Under the pieces are notes generated by a model, which saw only the letters and a program-made list of their open reading frames with translations, did no database searches and had not been told where the DNA came from. DNA of 64,000 bases, taken from Lytechinus pictus. Lineage: Eukaryota. Below, one piece after another: positions 1 to 10,775 of the stretch. Numbering within the stretch: the first letter of the stretch is position 1; every line of letters starts with the position of its first letter. Location: positions 19,098,001-19,162,000 of the forward strand of contig NC_087252.1 of assembly GCF_037042905.1 (NCBI RefSeq), in the 5' to 3' direction. Both the position numbers and the translations under genes were made by a program.

Positions 1-815
1 TGTGAATGTTGTGGACGAGAATTGCTGCTTAGCTTAATCTGATGTGGCATGCTGATGTTAACAAAATTTGTGATGACTTTTGCAGAACATCTCACATTGG
101 CTAAGAAGGTGTCTGTCTTGGAGAGTATCCCAGTGAAGAGTTGACAATATCGTGTTACGCTGGATTCTCTGCTCATGAAGGACAAACCTTAGCACCCTGA
201 CGCTGAATGTTCTCAATAATGTTTTCATCTTTCTGTATGTGAGGACTCCGTGCACATGACGCATACTCAAGCTTAGATCTGACAAGTTGCTTTTACGCAA
301 TGTCTCTCACTTTCAGGTCACATTTACCCAAGGCACGACGAACGATTCCAAGAGTACGAGCAGCTTTGGAGGATATCTTCTGTGCATTGGAGTTCCGACT
401 CAGGTTGTCTGTGATGGTCACAACGAGGTATTTACAGGAGGGTGCCGTTTGAACAGGTTGGTCACTGATAGTTAAGTTGCAAGCCAAGGATTGTCGTATC
501 AAAGAGATCACATGTGGGCACACTTCTTGACATTAAAGGACATATCCCACAGTTTTGCCCAATCCGATAATGTTTAAAGATCTGAGAATTGCGTGGCCAC
601 CTCTTGTCTCTACCTTGCGATACAACACACAGTTATCAGCAAAGAGTCTGATTGGTGATGAGATGAATTCACAGATGTTATTGATGTACATCAGGAATAA
701 TACCGGCGCAAGTACTGAGCCTTGCGGCACGCCTGAGAGAACACTGGCTCGCGGTGAGGATTTTCCATCATTATGAACTGACTGAGATCTGCCCGATAGG
801 AAAGCTTTTATCTAA
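1..815 (-). mobile_element. Decayed non-LTR retrotransposon (CR1/L2-group LINE) reverse-transcriptase fragment
   Basis: Minus-strand frames give GVPQGSVLAPVLFLMYINNI, IRLFADNCVLYR (degenerate FADD) and YLVVTITDNLS...KAARTLGIVRRAL, split by frameshifts and stops. Confidence 0.9.
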
Positions 816-2204
816 CCTTGCGTTTGACCAGTAATGGATTGTTCATATACATGTTGGAGCTGATTAAGTGTGTCTATCTCTCTTGCTGCTATTTACCCAC
901 GGTTGAGAGAGGAATAATTTCTCTCCTATGGCCGGGGAACTGTTTATGGTGTTACACTATTATCAGCACCCCTTGGAAATCAGTTTGGTATGCTGAAATA
1001 CAGATAATTGGCCCAAATAACCTTCATTCGGGAGCGAAAGCCTGTTTGGGGGTTGTAAAAGTTTTTTTTTTTAACAAAATCAACTCTATTTTGTAGAGAA
1101 AACCTTTTTTTTCTTTCTTTCTTTTTTTACATGTCAACTTTTTTTCTCACTTAAATCATTTCCATTGTGGAATGAAAAACTTTTAGTTGGTTTTTGGGGG
1201 GTTGGGTGATTGCTTGTTAGCAATCAGCACCACCTCTGTAAAAATCGTTCCCAGGCCTGTGCTCATTCCAAAGGTGATAAAATATAATATAATGATTCCA
1301 CACCAATTTCCCTTGCGGATTTTCTTTTCGACTAACTGGTCTCTCTTCAAATCAATTACAAACAAGAATACACAATGTTTTTCGGTTTCACACAAAGTTC
1401 ATTTTTGTTTATTCAGAGTAAATTCACCTATCGCGCCGTTGCTGGTATTGATAAGGACTGTTAAGGATGAGATACTCCTTTATTCAGAATGACAAATACA
1501 ATTTAAACAGGGATGAAATGAGCATTCCATTTATTCATTCTTGGAATGAAAATGTTTTGATTTGGGGCCAGGGGTAGGGTGACCCACATCACCTTCATTG
1601 TGGAGGAGTTTGCATTATTTTTGCTGTAAATATGTGTGATTCAACAGAATAACAGACTTCCCATGCCTTTGTACTCACTGAAAATATACCCTGAAAAAAT
1701 GGTTTTACCATTCATATGATAATACAAACTATTTGTCAACGATGGAACCATCCATTGAAAAAAAAAAACACCTGGTCCCTGGATATTCTTGTTCAAACCG
1801 AGAATTCAATTAAGATATGTTGTAAAGTACTGGTAATTTGGGAGTTGTACAGCTTTGAAATCACACATGTTGAGCACAACACGTGTTTAACGGGAGCATG
1901 CCCACATCATTAGCGATATTAACATTCAAATGCTCATCGCTTTCTTATTATTTGGGTTTTTTCAAACTTGCATTGATTTGTTTCTTTGATTTTCTATGTT
2001 CTCAAACAGGCTTACCTGTTCCCAGTGTTTCATTGTCCTTTAAATGATCTGTTTACGAACCAAATTTTCATTTGACAAAGTGCTAAATAATAGATAGACA
2101 AAGTGGAAATTAGACTATCTGGGCTTTAGACAAATAGCCCAAGTGAGGGTAGGACCAAGTAATGATCGAACCGAAAGGTAACAATAACTACTTTATAGTA
2201 CATT

Positions 2205-2605
2205 GTGTGAGTTTAGCTATGATGATAGTAGATGATCTGAGAATTAGACCATCTGCTAGAAGACCAAGTGGGTTTAGCAATGATGACAGCAGATGATCTG
2301 AGAATGAGATCATCTGCCAGTAGGCCAAGTGGGTTTAGCCATGATGATGTTAGATGATCTGATAATTAGACCATCTGCTAGTAGGCCAAGTGGGTTTAGC
2401 CATGATGATAGTAGATGATCTGAGAATTAGACCATCTGCTAGAAGACCAAGTGGGTTTAGCAATGATGACAGCAGATGATCTGAGAATGAGATCATCTGC
2501 CAGTAGGCCAAGTGGGTTTAGCCATGATGATGGTAGATGATGTGAGAATTAGACCATCTGCTCTTAGACCAAGTGGGTGTAACAGTGATGATAGTGGATG
2601 ATCTT
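2205..2605. repeat. Minisatellite with a ~61-bp unit, ~6.5 copies, and a ~182-bp three-monomer higher-order repeat
   Basis: GTGGGT(T/G)TA anchor recurs at ~2268, 2329, 2390, 2451, 2512 and 2572. The block 2218-2400 is repeated almost exactly from 2401. Confidence 0.9.
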
Positions 2606-3039
2606 GTCACGGTAGAAGTCACATTAACAAAACCAAATCAAAGCCAAGCACATCGTGATGGTATGTATGTGACTTGAAATAATTGTCCATGCATGTATTA
2701 TCAGTAAGCTAGATTACTGCCATTATCTGCTGCATGGGGCCCCCCTCGTCTCGAACTAGGCCTCTACAGAGAATAAAAAACACATGTGCAGATGTGCCGA
2801 TTTGTCATGTTTGTAGTCGACCTATATTCTAAAGGATCACCCCTTAAGAGATTTGCACTGGCTATCGTTATTTTTGTTATTATAAAGTTTTGTTTTTACA
2901 GGGTAGCCTCTTCATTGTCTAACACTTTTCTCCCGAGGGCCCTGTTACTTTTAAACACATACAAAAATCAAAGGACGGTTCGCCAACGAATATCTTTCAA
3001 GATGGGTTAACTTTATACAAAGAACTAATTTGCCGAGTC

Positions 3040-3230
3040 CCCCGTTATATTTCTGAGCTATTGCAAAGCAAAGTCCACAAGCACACCCACAACCTCGCAG
3101 TTCTAGTAATACTTTGCTTCTCAACACACCCACTTGTAAAGCAAAGATTACTTTAGGAGATCGTGCGTTCGTCTGCGGAGTGACAAAATTATAGTTATGA
3201 AATCAGGTCTTTTCGCTCAATAGAAACTTT
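3040..3230 (+). mobile_element. L2-like LINE ORF2 3' fragment
   Basis: Plus frame reads NLRSSSNTLLLNTPTCKAKITLGDRAFVCG, containing the GDRAF motif of L2-clade ORF2 C-termini. It is interrupted by a MITE at 3234. Confidence 0.6.
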
Positions 3231-3233
3231 TAA

Positions 3234-3620
3234 AGGGAAATCTAACCCAATTTAAAACTTGATCTTAGAGGAAAAAGAAAACTCATACAAGTTGATGGTG
3301 AAAGTCTGAAAACATCGGGAAAAAATAAGAAAATAATCTTTATACCCACGGAGACTTCAAATTGGCCGCATACGTGATGTCATAGTGATGTAAGGCAAGA
3401 ACTACTCTTCCATGTACACCAATACAAAAATTAGAAAACATGTCTTTTTTTTCAAAAGGTTTTACTTCAAATTATATTTTTATTTCATGATCTCAATTTT
3501 AAAGCAGCCATAATACTTTCTTATTGCTTGTCCGATTTCTTTCAGACTTTCACCATTCTGTTATATTTATATTTTCTCCTTTCCAACACAACATTTTATG
3601 AGCGAGGTTGGACGTCTCTT
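3234..3620. mobile_element. TTAA-flanked MITE (Kolobok-like), degenerate
   Basis: TTAA-AGGGAAATCTAACC...GGTTGGACGTCTCT. The interior resembles the 45528-46121 element. Confidence 0.5.
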
Positions 3621-4446
3621 TGTCGTTAATTTCCAAAAAAAGATGTTTCCTTCTTTTAACTTTCTTTTCCAAGCATTTCAGGAGATCTTACAGCGCTGAG
3701 GAATATATGAACATAGTTTTACGTTATAATTATAACATATAATCCAAACATTGGCGAAAAAAATCGGAGTAGTTCCATTTCAGATTTGTATTTTGAACAA
3801 TAAAATATCGATTTTTTTTTTCATTATTATATAATGGCTTTAATGGGTTAGGAGTGAGTTTTCTTGCTGTGACTATTTATCCAATCAAAACCGACAGATA
3901 GCGTGAAAGATTTTGTCGAGCTGGAATCGGTTTCACCTGTGTGTAGGATCATTTATTCATATTTGTATTTTATTTTATATTCAATTTTATTCAATCAGTG
4001 TGGCCTTATCGGTTACACAAACTGTTGTCCTTGAGGGCCCTGAGATAGAAAAAAAATCAAAATGTACAATATTTACAAAGAATACATCAATCAAAATGGC
4101 ATATGCTTGTACTATTACTAAAGAAACATATTGATGTAATAAACGTTAAAATACGATCAAATAAAAATCAAAATTAGATTGCAAAAAAGGGTTACTGTGA
4201 AGCTAAGACAAAAGGAAAAAGTTAAGGCAATTGGAAACCGCTAAATTCGATTTAACATGAAAAGGAGGGATGTTCAAGTGATTAAGAAATAGTTTGAGTG
4301 GAGATAAAATTATGTTGAAAATTATAATATACATCAACTACTCAATGTTGCATGCATCTCTTGCATGGCAAGGCTTATGATTTTTTATTCATTAAATAAG
4401 ACATGGAATGAGTTAAGGGACATTGTCTGGCGTTGATCTTTCTTAA

Positions 4447-6870
4447 AGGATTGGTCCCACTGCACTTACGGATGCATAGAGGATGTAAAACGGAAGAGAA
4501 TCTTGCCATCCGTTGGAAAACATTATGTATCCGTTGTGGGTTACACTTTGTAATTCCGAAGATTCGTTATTCCGAAATACCTTAATTGCCTATACCTCGA
4601 TGTTCGTTAATCCGAAAACGAAAAAGAATTCTGTAAACCGAACTTTTGTGGCGTTATTCCGAGGGCTCTTAAGTCCGAAGGTTCGTCAGTCCGAAAACGA
4701 AATAAGGTTCGTTTTTCCGAAGGTTCGTTAGTCCGAAAAACGAAATGAGGTTCGTTATTCCGAAGGTTCGATAATCCGCAAACGAAATAAGGATCGTTGT
4801 TCCAAAGGTTCGTTAATCCGAAAACGAAATAAGGTTCGTTGTTCCGAAGGTTCGTTAATCCGAAAACAACATAAGGTTATTTATTCCGAAGGTTAGTTAA
4901 TCCAAAAATGAAATAATCGGTGGCGAAGCGCCGGGGAAACCGGAAGGGTAAGCGTGGTAGAGAAAAACCATTGCTGTTCAATTGTATGAGGGTGAGGGCA
5001 TATAAAAGAAGGGCAGCGGAGCAAAGTAGAGTAAAGAAGAGCAAAGCCTTTTTGAAGTGATTTCTGATTATGGTAAGATAATATATTTAGGCATTATTTT
5101 TCGCGAGGGAGTGTAACGAGCGAGCGGTTTGGAAAAAAATAAAAGCTGATGTTGTAAAACCCTTTTTTGGTCAATTTCTGTTAAAAGGACATCCTTGGGA
5201 GGTGTTGCGAGCGTGAATCGCAAGCTCCAACGTTTGGACATATGAATAAGACATGAAAGTAAAACTTTCTGAGCAGTTTTTGCAATCATTAAAAAGATGT
5301 GCATCTAACTGAAGAATTAATAAGAGCGCGAAGTACGAGCTGAAATATACTGACCAGAAAAGAAACCTGTTAAGGACTGCTTTTAATGACTCGTGAATAG
5401 GATACATTAAATAATGCGAGTGCAAAGCGCGAGCTAAAAAGATATTCCAGCCTGAAAACTGGACATTCTAAGCCGTTTTATGACCATATACGGTCAGTAC
5501 CTTACTAAACAATAACTGATAACTATAACCAAAAAATGGGATATTCAAATCTAACATGTATACTTTAATCATTTCGAAATACCGGTGAATTTTTGTGTGT
5601 GGGGGTGCAAGTGCCCCCTAACCCCGCCCCCCCCCCCCCCCCCGCTTTCACTGCCCCTGTGGGAAGGGTTCATCTATCATTACCAGGGGCGTTTCCGTAT
5701 GCGGAATTCTCTCGAAGGGATGATTATAGGCTTATGAGGCTGGTTCATGTTTATCTCTTATTGCTAGACCTGCAAATATGTATTTTATTATTGATTATAT
5801 TTATCCGGTTTAAACATAAATAAATGTACACAATACAAAGGTACAAGTACAAAACTGAACATGTTTATGATAAGTACAATTAAAAAAAACAGACTTATGA
5901 ATATGAAACAAATAAAATATAAATGCATTAAACGAGAAAACTATGATTAACCTATTAACGAAAACCAGTATAAGAGCAGAATTATCATCGTATATTAAAG
6001 TTATCAAATCAAATATCGATACGGGCGTGTTGATGCATTTTGAAATCATTTAGTCAAAGTTCAAAATGTCTACTAAAAGATCCATTCTTCATTAAATGTT
6101 TACCACTTATAAACCTAAAAAAAAAATCTCTGCGTGGGGGGTTGATTGTTTGGACCAGAATAGGGGTGATAAAGACCCCTTTTTTAGCCGGGGCGGGGCA
6201 AAAAAGCCATCCGCAGCCATCGTAGCCAGCTTTTCGGAATGAGGGGGGGGGCACACACTTATTTCACATTAAATTTATATGTGTATATATACAGATGTGG
6301 ATCGAGCTTTCGCCAATAGGGGGGGAATTCATTCACATTTTCCCCGATCGGCTTTTATTTTCGGATTAACGAACCTTATTTCGTTTTCGGACTTACGAGC
6401 CTCATTTCGTTCCCGGACTAACGAACCTTCGGAATTACGAACCTCCATTCGTTTCCGGACTAACGAACCTTCGGAATTACGAAGCTCTGTTCGTTTTCGG
6501 ACTAACGAACCTTTGGAATTACGAACCTTTTTTCGTTTTCGGACTGACGAACCTTCGGAATTACGGACTTTATTTCGTTTTCGGACTAACGAACCTTCAT
6601 AATTACGAACTTTCGGAATAACGAATCTTCGGAATAACGAACCTTCGGAATATTCGAACCTTCGGAATAACGAAACGTCGGAATTACAAGTGTATGCGTC
6701 CGTTGTGTACTTATGTCCATCGAGTATCCGTCCACTGCGATTTCATTGTTCGCCCATTTTGTCCATTGTCTGGGGCGGATGAAAACGGATGGAGCCACCC
6801 CGAAATTTTGCTTGTCCGCTGTATCCGTTAAGAATACGTTTTGTGTCCGTCGGCCAGTGGGACCAGACCT
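4447..6870. mobile_element. Harbinger-like MITE hosting a nested foldback insertion
   Basis: Left end AGGATTGGTCCCACTG matches the reverse complement of the right end, AGGTCTGGTCCCACTG, at 14/16 positions. The TSD is imperfect (TAA left, CTA right). Confidence 0.6.
4539..6698. mobile_element. Mutator/foldback-like non-autonomous transposon with tandem-repeat arms and a 9-bp TSD
   Basis: TCCGTTGTG is duplicated at 4530-4538 and 6699-6707. The arms are inverted arrays of TCCGAAGGTTCGTTA(A/G)TCCGAAAACG and TTCGGACTAACGAACCTTCGGAAT. Confidence 0.85.
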
Positions 6871-7627
6871 CTAGATTATTCCACTCCGTGGTCCCGATGT
6901 ATTAAAAAGTCCTCTTGCCACTATTATTATGTTTTGAGTTCCTTGATCATCAGACATAAGGGTGTATTCCTTCCACGATGAAAGGCGAATTCAAGAACAT
7001 AGAAAATATATCTTCAAATGCCCTTCACGACAAGGAAAAATCAAAAGGTCTGTCGAAAATTAGTCAATCAAAGCATCAGTTTCGTCCTGGAATCTGGGCA
7101 AACGACATATTTTCAATTTTTCGTCAGCTCCAAAACTTAGGACGAAGTTGTGGTTTCTGTTCACCAATATCATCGAAAGTCACTTTCGAGCTGTTCTTTG
7201 TTATTTGACGGGCATTTTTAATGCATTTACTATATTTTTTTTTATCTGTCGCAAGCTCTCTCTTGACGAAACCACTTCCTGATTCGGTAACATTGCAAAT
7301 AGCCAAAACGAATAACTCATTCAATAATTATTTCAATAGTTGACTGTACATTACAAACATTTGCGCCGTGATATCACCAAAACCATTTTAGTCAATTAAA
7401 AAAGTAAGAAGGGATTATCAAAATGAGTATCTGAATATGAGAACAAAATTTTGGAAACTATCAATAGCACACTCATGGCAATGCAATTTTTATCTATAAG
7501 TATTTACGCTGTGTAGATTAAGTATAAATAAGATATAACGTGATTCAAAGACACAAATGTTAAAGAGATATTGTTGCTGGATTTTTTTTTATATTCGTTC
7601 TGACAGAAGCAACATTATATAACTTAC

Positions 7628-7694
7628 CTTCTGCAAATGCATATGGGAGCAATAGAATATGACAAACAATCCCGATAAATGAAAGTCTGGCCAT
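7628..7694 (-). CDS. First coding exon (signal peptide) of a tandem paralogue of the laccase-like gene; the rest lies left of the window
   Basis: ATG at 7694 gives MARLSFIGIVCHILLLPYAFAE+G followed by a GTAAGT donor (phase 1). This mirrors [20 protein letters not shown]+G at 32920-32860. The flanking promoter and intron sequence are also homologous. Confidence 0.75.
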
Positions 7695-8159
7695 TTCTTT
7701 TCATCAAATCCCGTCTAAACTTCAATTGAGTTGATCCATTAACGGGGATAATGTTCAGCAAAAATGAAATCGTTCGTTTTCATATGTCAATAAACATTGA
7801 GTAAAGACTTGCAATGTGCCTCAAGAGCGCATGTCAGAGCCTGCTGAAAAAGAGGTTAACCGAGCGAAACGGGGTGGATCTTTAGAAACGAAGAATACGT
7901 TATCACACATGAACGAAGTTCGAATATTACAGTTCACACAACATTTGGGTTATTCTCTTTCGTCTTTGTATTTTCCAAGGCTTGTACGCTGGGTTGTCTT
8001 TTCCTACATGTTTTAATGCTTACTTTATAGATTTCTTATTCACAGGCCTATTCCCAATGTGCTTCCGCTTTTTTTTTGCTTGATCCTTTTTGTGTTATTT
8101 TTTTATTCATTTTGTTGATTGTAATGATTTTTCTGTATGTTGTATAAAGTAGCAATCAA

Positions 8160-8700
8160 AATCCAGAAAGGAAGGGTGATAAACCAAAAGAAGGCCAATG
8201 ACGAACAAGAACGACGAAACCAGAGAAAATAGGATGACGAAGAAGATCGGAGGAGATAGGGTGACGAAGCCAGAGAAAAGAGAGTGACGAAAATGAACGT
8301 AGGGTGGTGGAACAAGAGAAAATATTATGACTATATTATAACAAGACAGTCGAAAGAAGGAAGACGAAATCAGAGCAAATAGGATAATGCGAAAACAGTA
8401 AAAGGAAGGGTGGTTAAACCAGAGAAGATATGGGTGACAAATAAGACATTGAAAGTAAGGTTAACAAAAACGGAATTTACGGTTATAAAGAAGACAGCAG
8501 AAGATAGGGTGATGAAACTATAAGAAAATTGGATGACGAACAAGACAACAGAATGTACAGTGACGAAACAAGAGAAAATGTGGTGACGAAAAGGACAACA
8601 AAAGGTAGAGTGACATAACAAGAGAACATGTAACGGAAGACTCGAGCGAAATTGCCGGTGGCCGCCTAATCACCTCGCCTGCCCACGATATAAGAAACGA
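8160..8700. repeat. Degenerate purine-rich tandem repeat (GTGACGAAA(C)AAGAGAA-like), with a second patch at 9430-9570
   Basis: GGTGACGAA/GATGAAACAAGAG motifs recur every ~20-45 bp. Confidence 0.6.
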
Positions 8701-10098
8701 CACACACACACACGTAAATTATGACTTCAGACGAAAAGTAAATAATGTTGCAAATAAAGTTTATTTCCAAGGTCAACTTCTAACTCGTGACGACAGTGGC
8801 TAAAACACATACCGGCTGGGCAACTGTTGGCCTTTTTCAGCCCCGAATCGACCAGGGTTACATGACGATAATAGCCTCCAACATAACTGAATTCAACATA
8901 ACTACTTTGCCAAAGGATCCCTTCTTTACTTCATGCGTCCCAAAAATGGCGCCAATTGGTGAAAGAATCGTTCCTAAAACGGCCTATCACTGCGACGCAA
9001 TGTCAAATTTATCAACATCATCCTTCCCACATATTAAACAAGTGAATTAGCAGATTTTTCATCCAGATTTGATTTATTCGCTCGTCATTGTTCTTCCCGC
9101 TTACGTAGCTCTCTCATGCACTCCCCCCCCCCCCCCTCCCCTCTTTCTCTCTCTCTTCTGATCTGTTCAAACTCTTTGACATTCTCTTATACGATTACTG
9201 CCCCCACAAAAGCTTAACGTCTTTTTTTTTTTGCATTATTACTCAAATTCATCCTCTCCTTAAAACTTCTGTCCTTTTATGTACTGTATGCACGTGTACA
9301 TGTACATCTTCATATAAATGTTTGTGTTTTCAATTGGCAATCTGTTATCATGCCCATAATTTATCTATTTCTCTGTACATTTCTCTATTATCGGAAATGA
9401 AAATAAAAGAATTGAATTAATTGAAATGACAAAAAATAAGATGATGAAGAAGATGATTGAAGGTAAGCCGGTGATGAAACAAGAAGAAATGTGTCGACGG
9501 ACGAAAAAGACAGTAAAACGCAGGGTGATGAAACAAGAGATCGGAGGGTGACGAACAAGATATCAAGAATAGGGCGACAATTATATATACATCTGTTAAA
9601 AAAAGAACTATGCAACGTAAAACAGATGTACACGGTACACGTTTTGTATTTGAATACTGCATTGCCAAAATGTCAAAACAATGATACTTCAGTAGATCAT
9701 AAGTCGGTGATAATGATGGATTTTATGGTGTTTGTAGGTCGCTATCTGTCAGTGCATTGTTGAACAACATTGTTTCCTAAAAAAACATTCCGATATACCT
9801 CCCAACGTATTTTGTTTAAAATGAAAGTACTAGTACCTCTTCGTTTCTAATTCTCTTTAATGCAAAAAGGCTAATCTCGTCTCTAACTACATTCCTCCCA
9901 GCGTGATACTTGGAACCAATCCATTGGAGTAACCGGTACAATATAGTGCATTATAGTAAACTGAACATCTTTTTGGACATTTTTTCTCCAAAGGATTTTT
10001 AAAAAATCCACTGTCAAAATACGCAAATCTTACTCCTAATAGAGTAAGATGAGCTGTGCATCTTTTAAGACATTTCCTCACCAAAGGAGGTTATAAAC

Positions 10099-10242
10099 TA
10101 TGGTGGCCCTGATGGGACATCGCAAATAGACCAAATCGCGAATATTCACGACGAAATTGGCGACGTCGTGAATTTCGTCGCAAATTTCGTCGTGAATATT
10201 CGCGATTTGGTCTATTTGCAATGTCCCTTCAGGGCCACCATA
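10099..10242. mobile_element. 144-bp hairpin MITE with TATGG...CCATA termini and a 6-bp TSD (IS3EU-like)
   Basis: Near-perfect inverted arms of ~65 bp. ATAAAC is duplicated at 10093-10098 and 10243-10248. Confidence 0.8.
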
Positions 10243-10436
10243 ATAAACATCATCCACAAAAGATGCAGATCTTACTCCAAAAAGTGTGAGATCGTCTCAC
10301 TCTAATAGAAGTGTGATTGGGGATCAGAATGGCTCCTTTTAAATTTAGAGATTATTTCTAACTGAGATGTTTATTTCCCGGATGCCATTTAATAAACAAA
10401 GCGGATGTATCAAACCGAATTTTTATTTTGATATGA

Positions 10437-10775
10437 TTATTCAGTTGTATCTTTCCATGGTGCATCTTGGCCCTTTTTCCCTCCATTCGCGGTCGACGAT
10501 GACGGGGCACTTGGCTCCTGACGACGACGGATTGCATCGATGATGAGGACAATAACGAGGAGACCGAGGATGCCGACGACCACGGATAGACCGATAACGG
10601 TAGAAAGAGGAAACGTGTTTGCATGTGGTGATGGTGACTGTGGTGGTCGTGTTGGTCTGGTTGTTGGTGGTGATGGCCTTTCAGGGGGTTGGAAGTTGCC
10701 ACACCTTGGAAAGTTATCGGGTAATGGTGGTAGGTCAGACTGGTAGCCAGCACGGACAACAATAGCCAGGCCGGT
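10437..10775 (-). CDS. Laccase-like gene exon 12 (TGLAIVV..., Pro/Thr stalk, TM helix, cytoplasmic tail, stop)
   Basis: CAG acceptor; reads [26 protein letters not shown]...[26 protein letters not shown]...TTE*. Confidence 0.9.
   Translation of the reverse strand, partial: TGLAIVVRAGYQSDLPPLPDNFPRCGNFQPPERPSPPTTRPTRPPQSPSPHANTFPLSTVIGLSVVVGILGLLVIVLIIDAIRRRQEPSAPSSSTANGGKKGQDAPWKDTTE

Noticed and set aside
6279..6798. Repetitive RTNEPSELR-type ORFs (also 4513-4731)
   Set aside because: They are translations of the foldback element's tandem-repeat arms.
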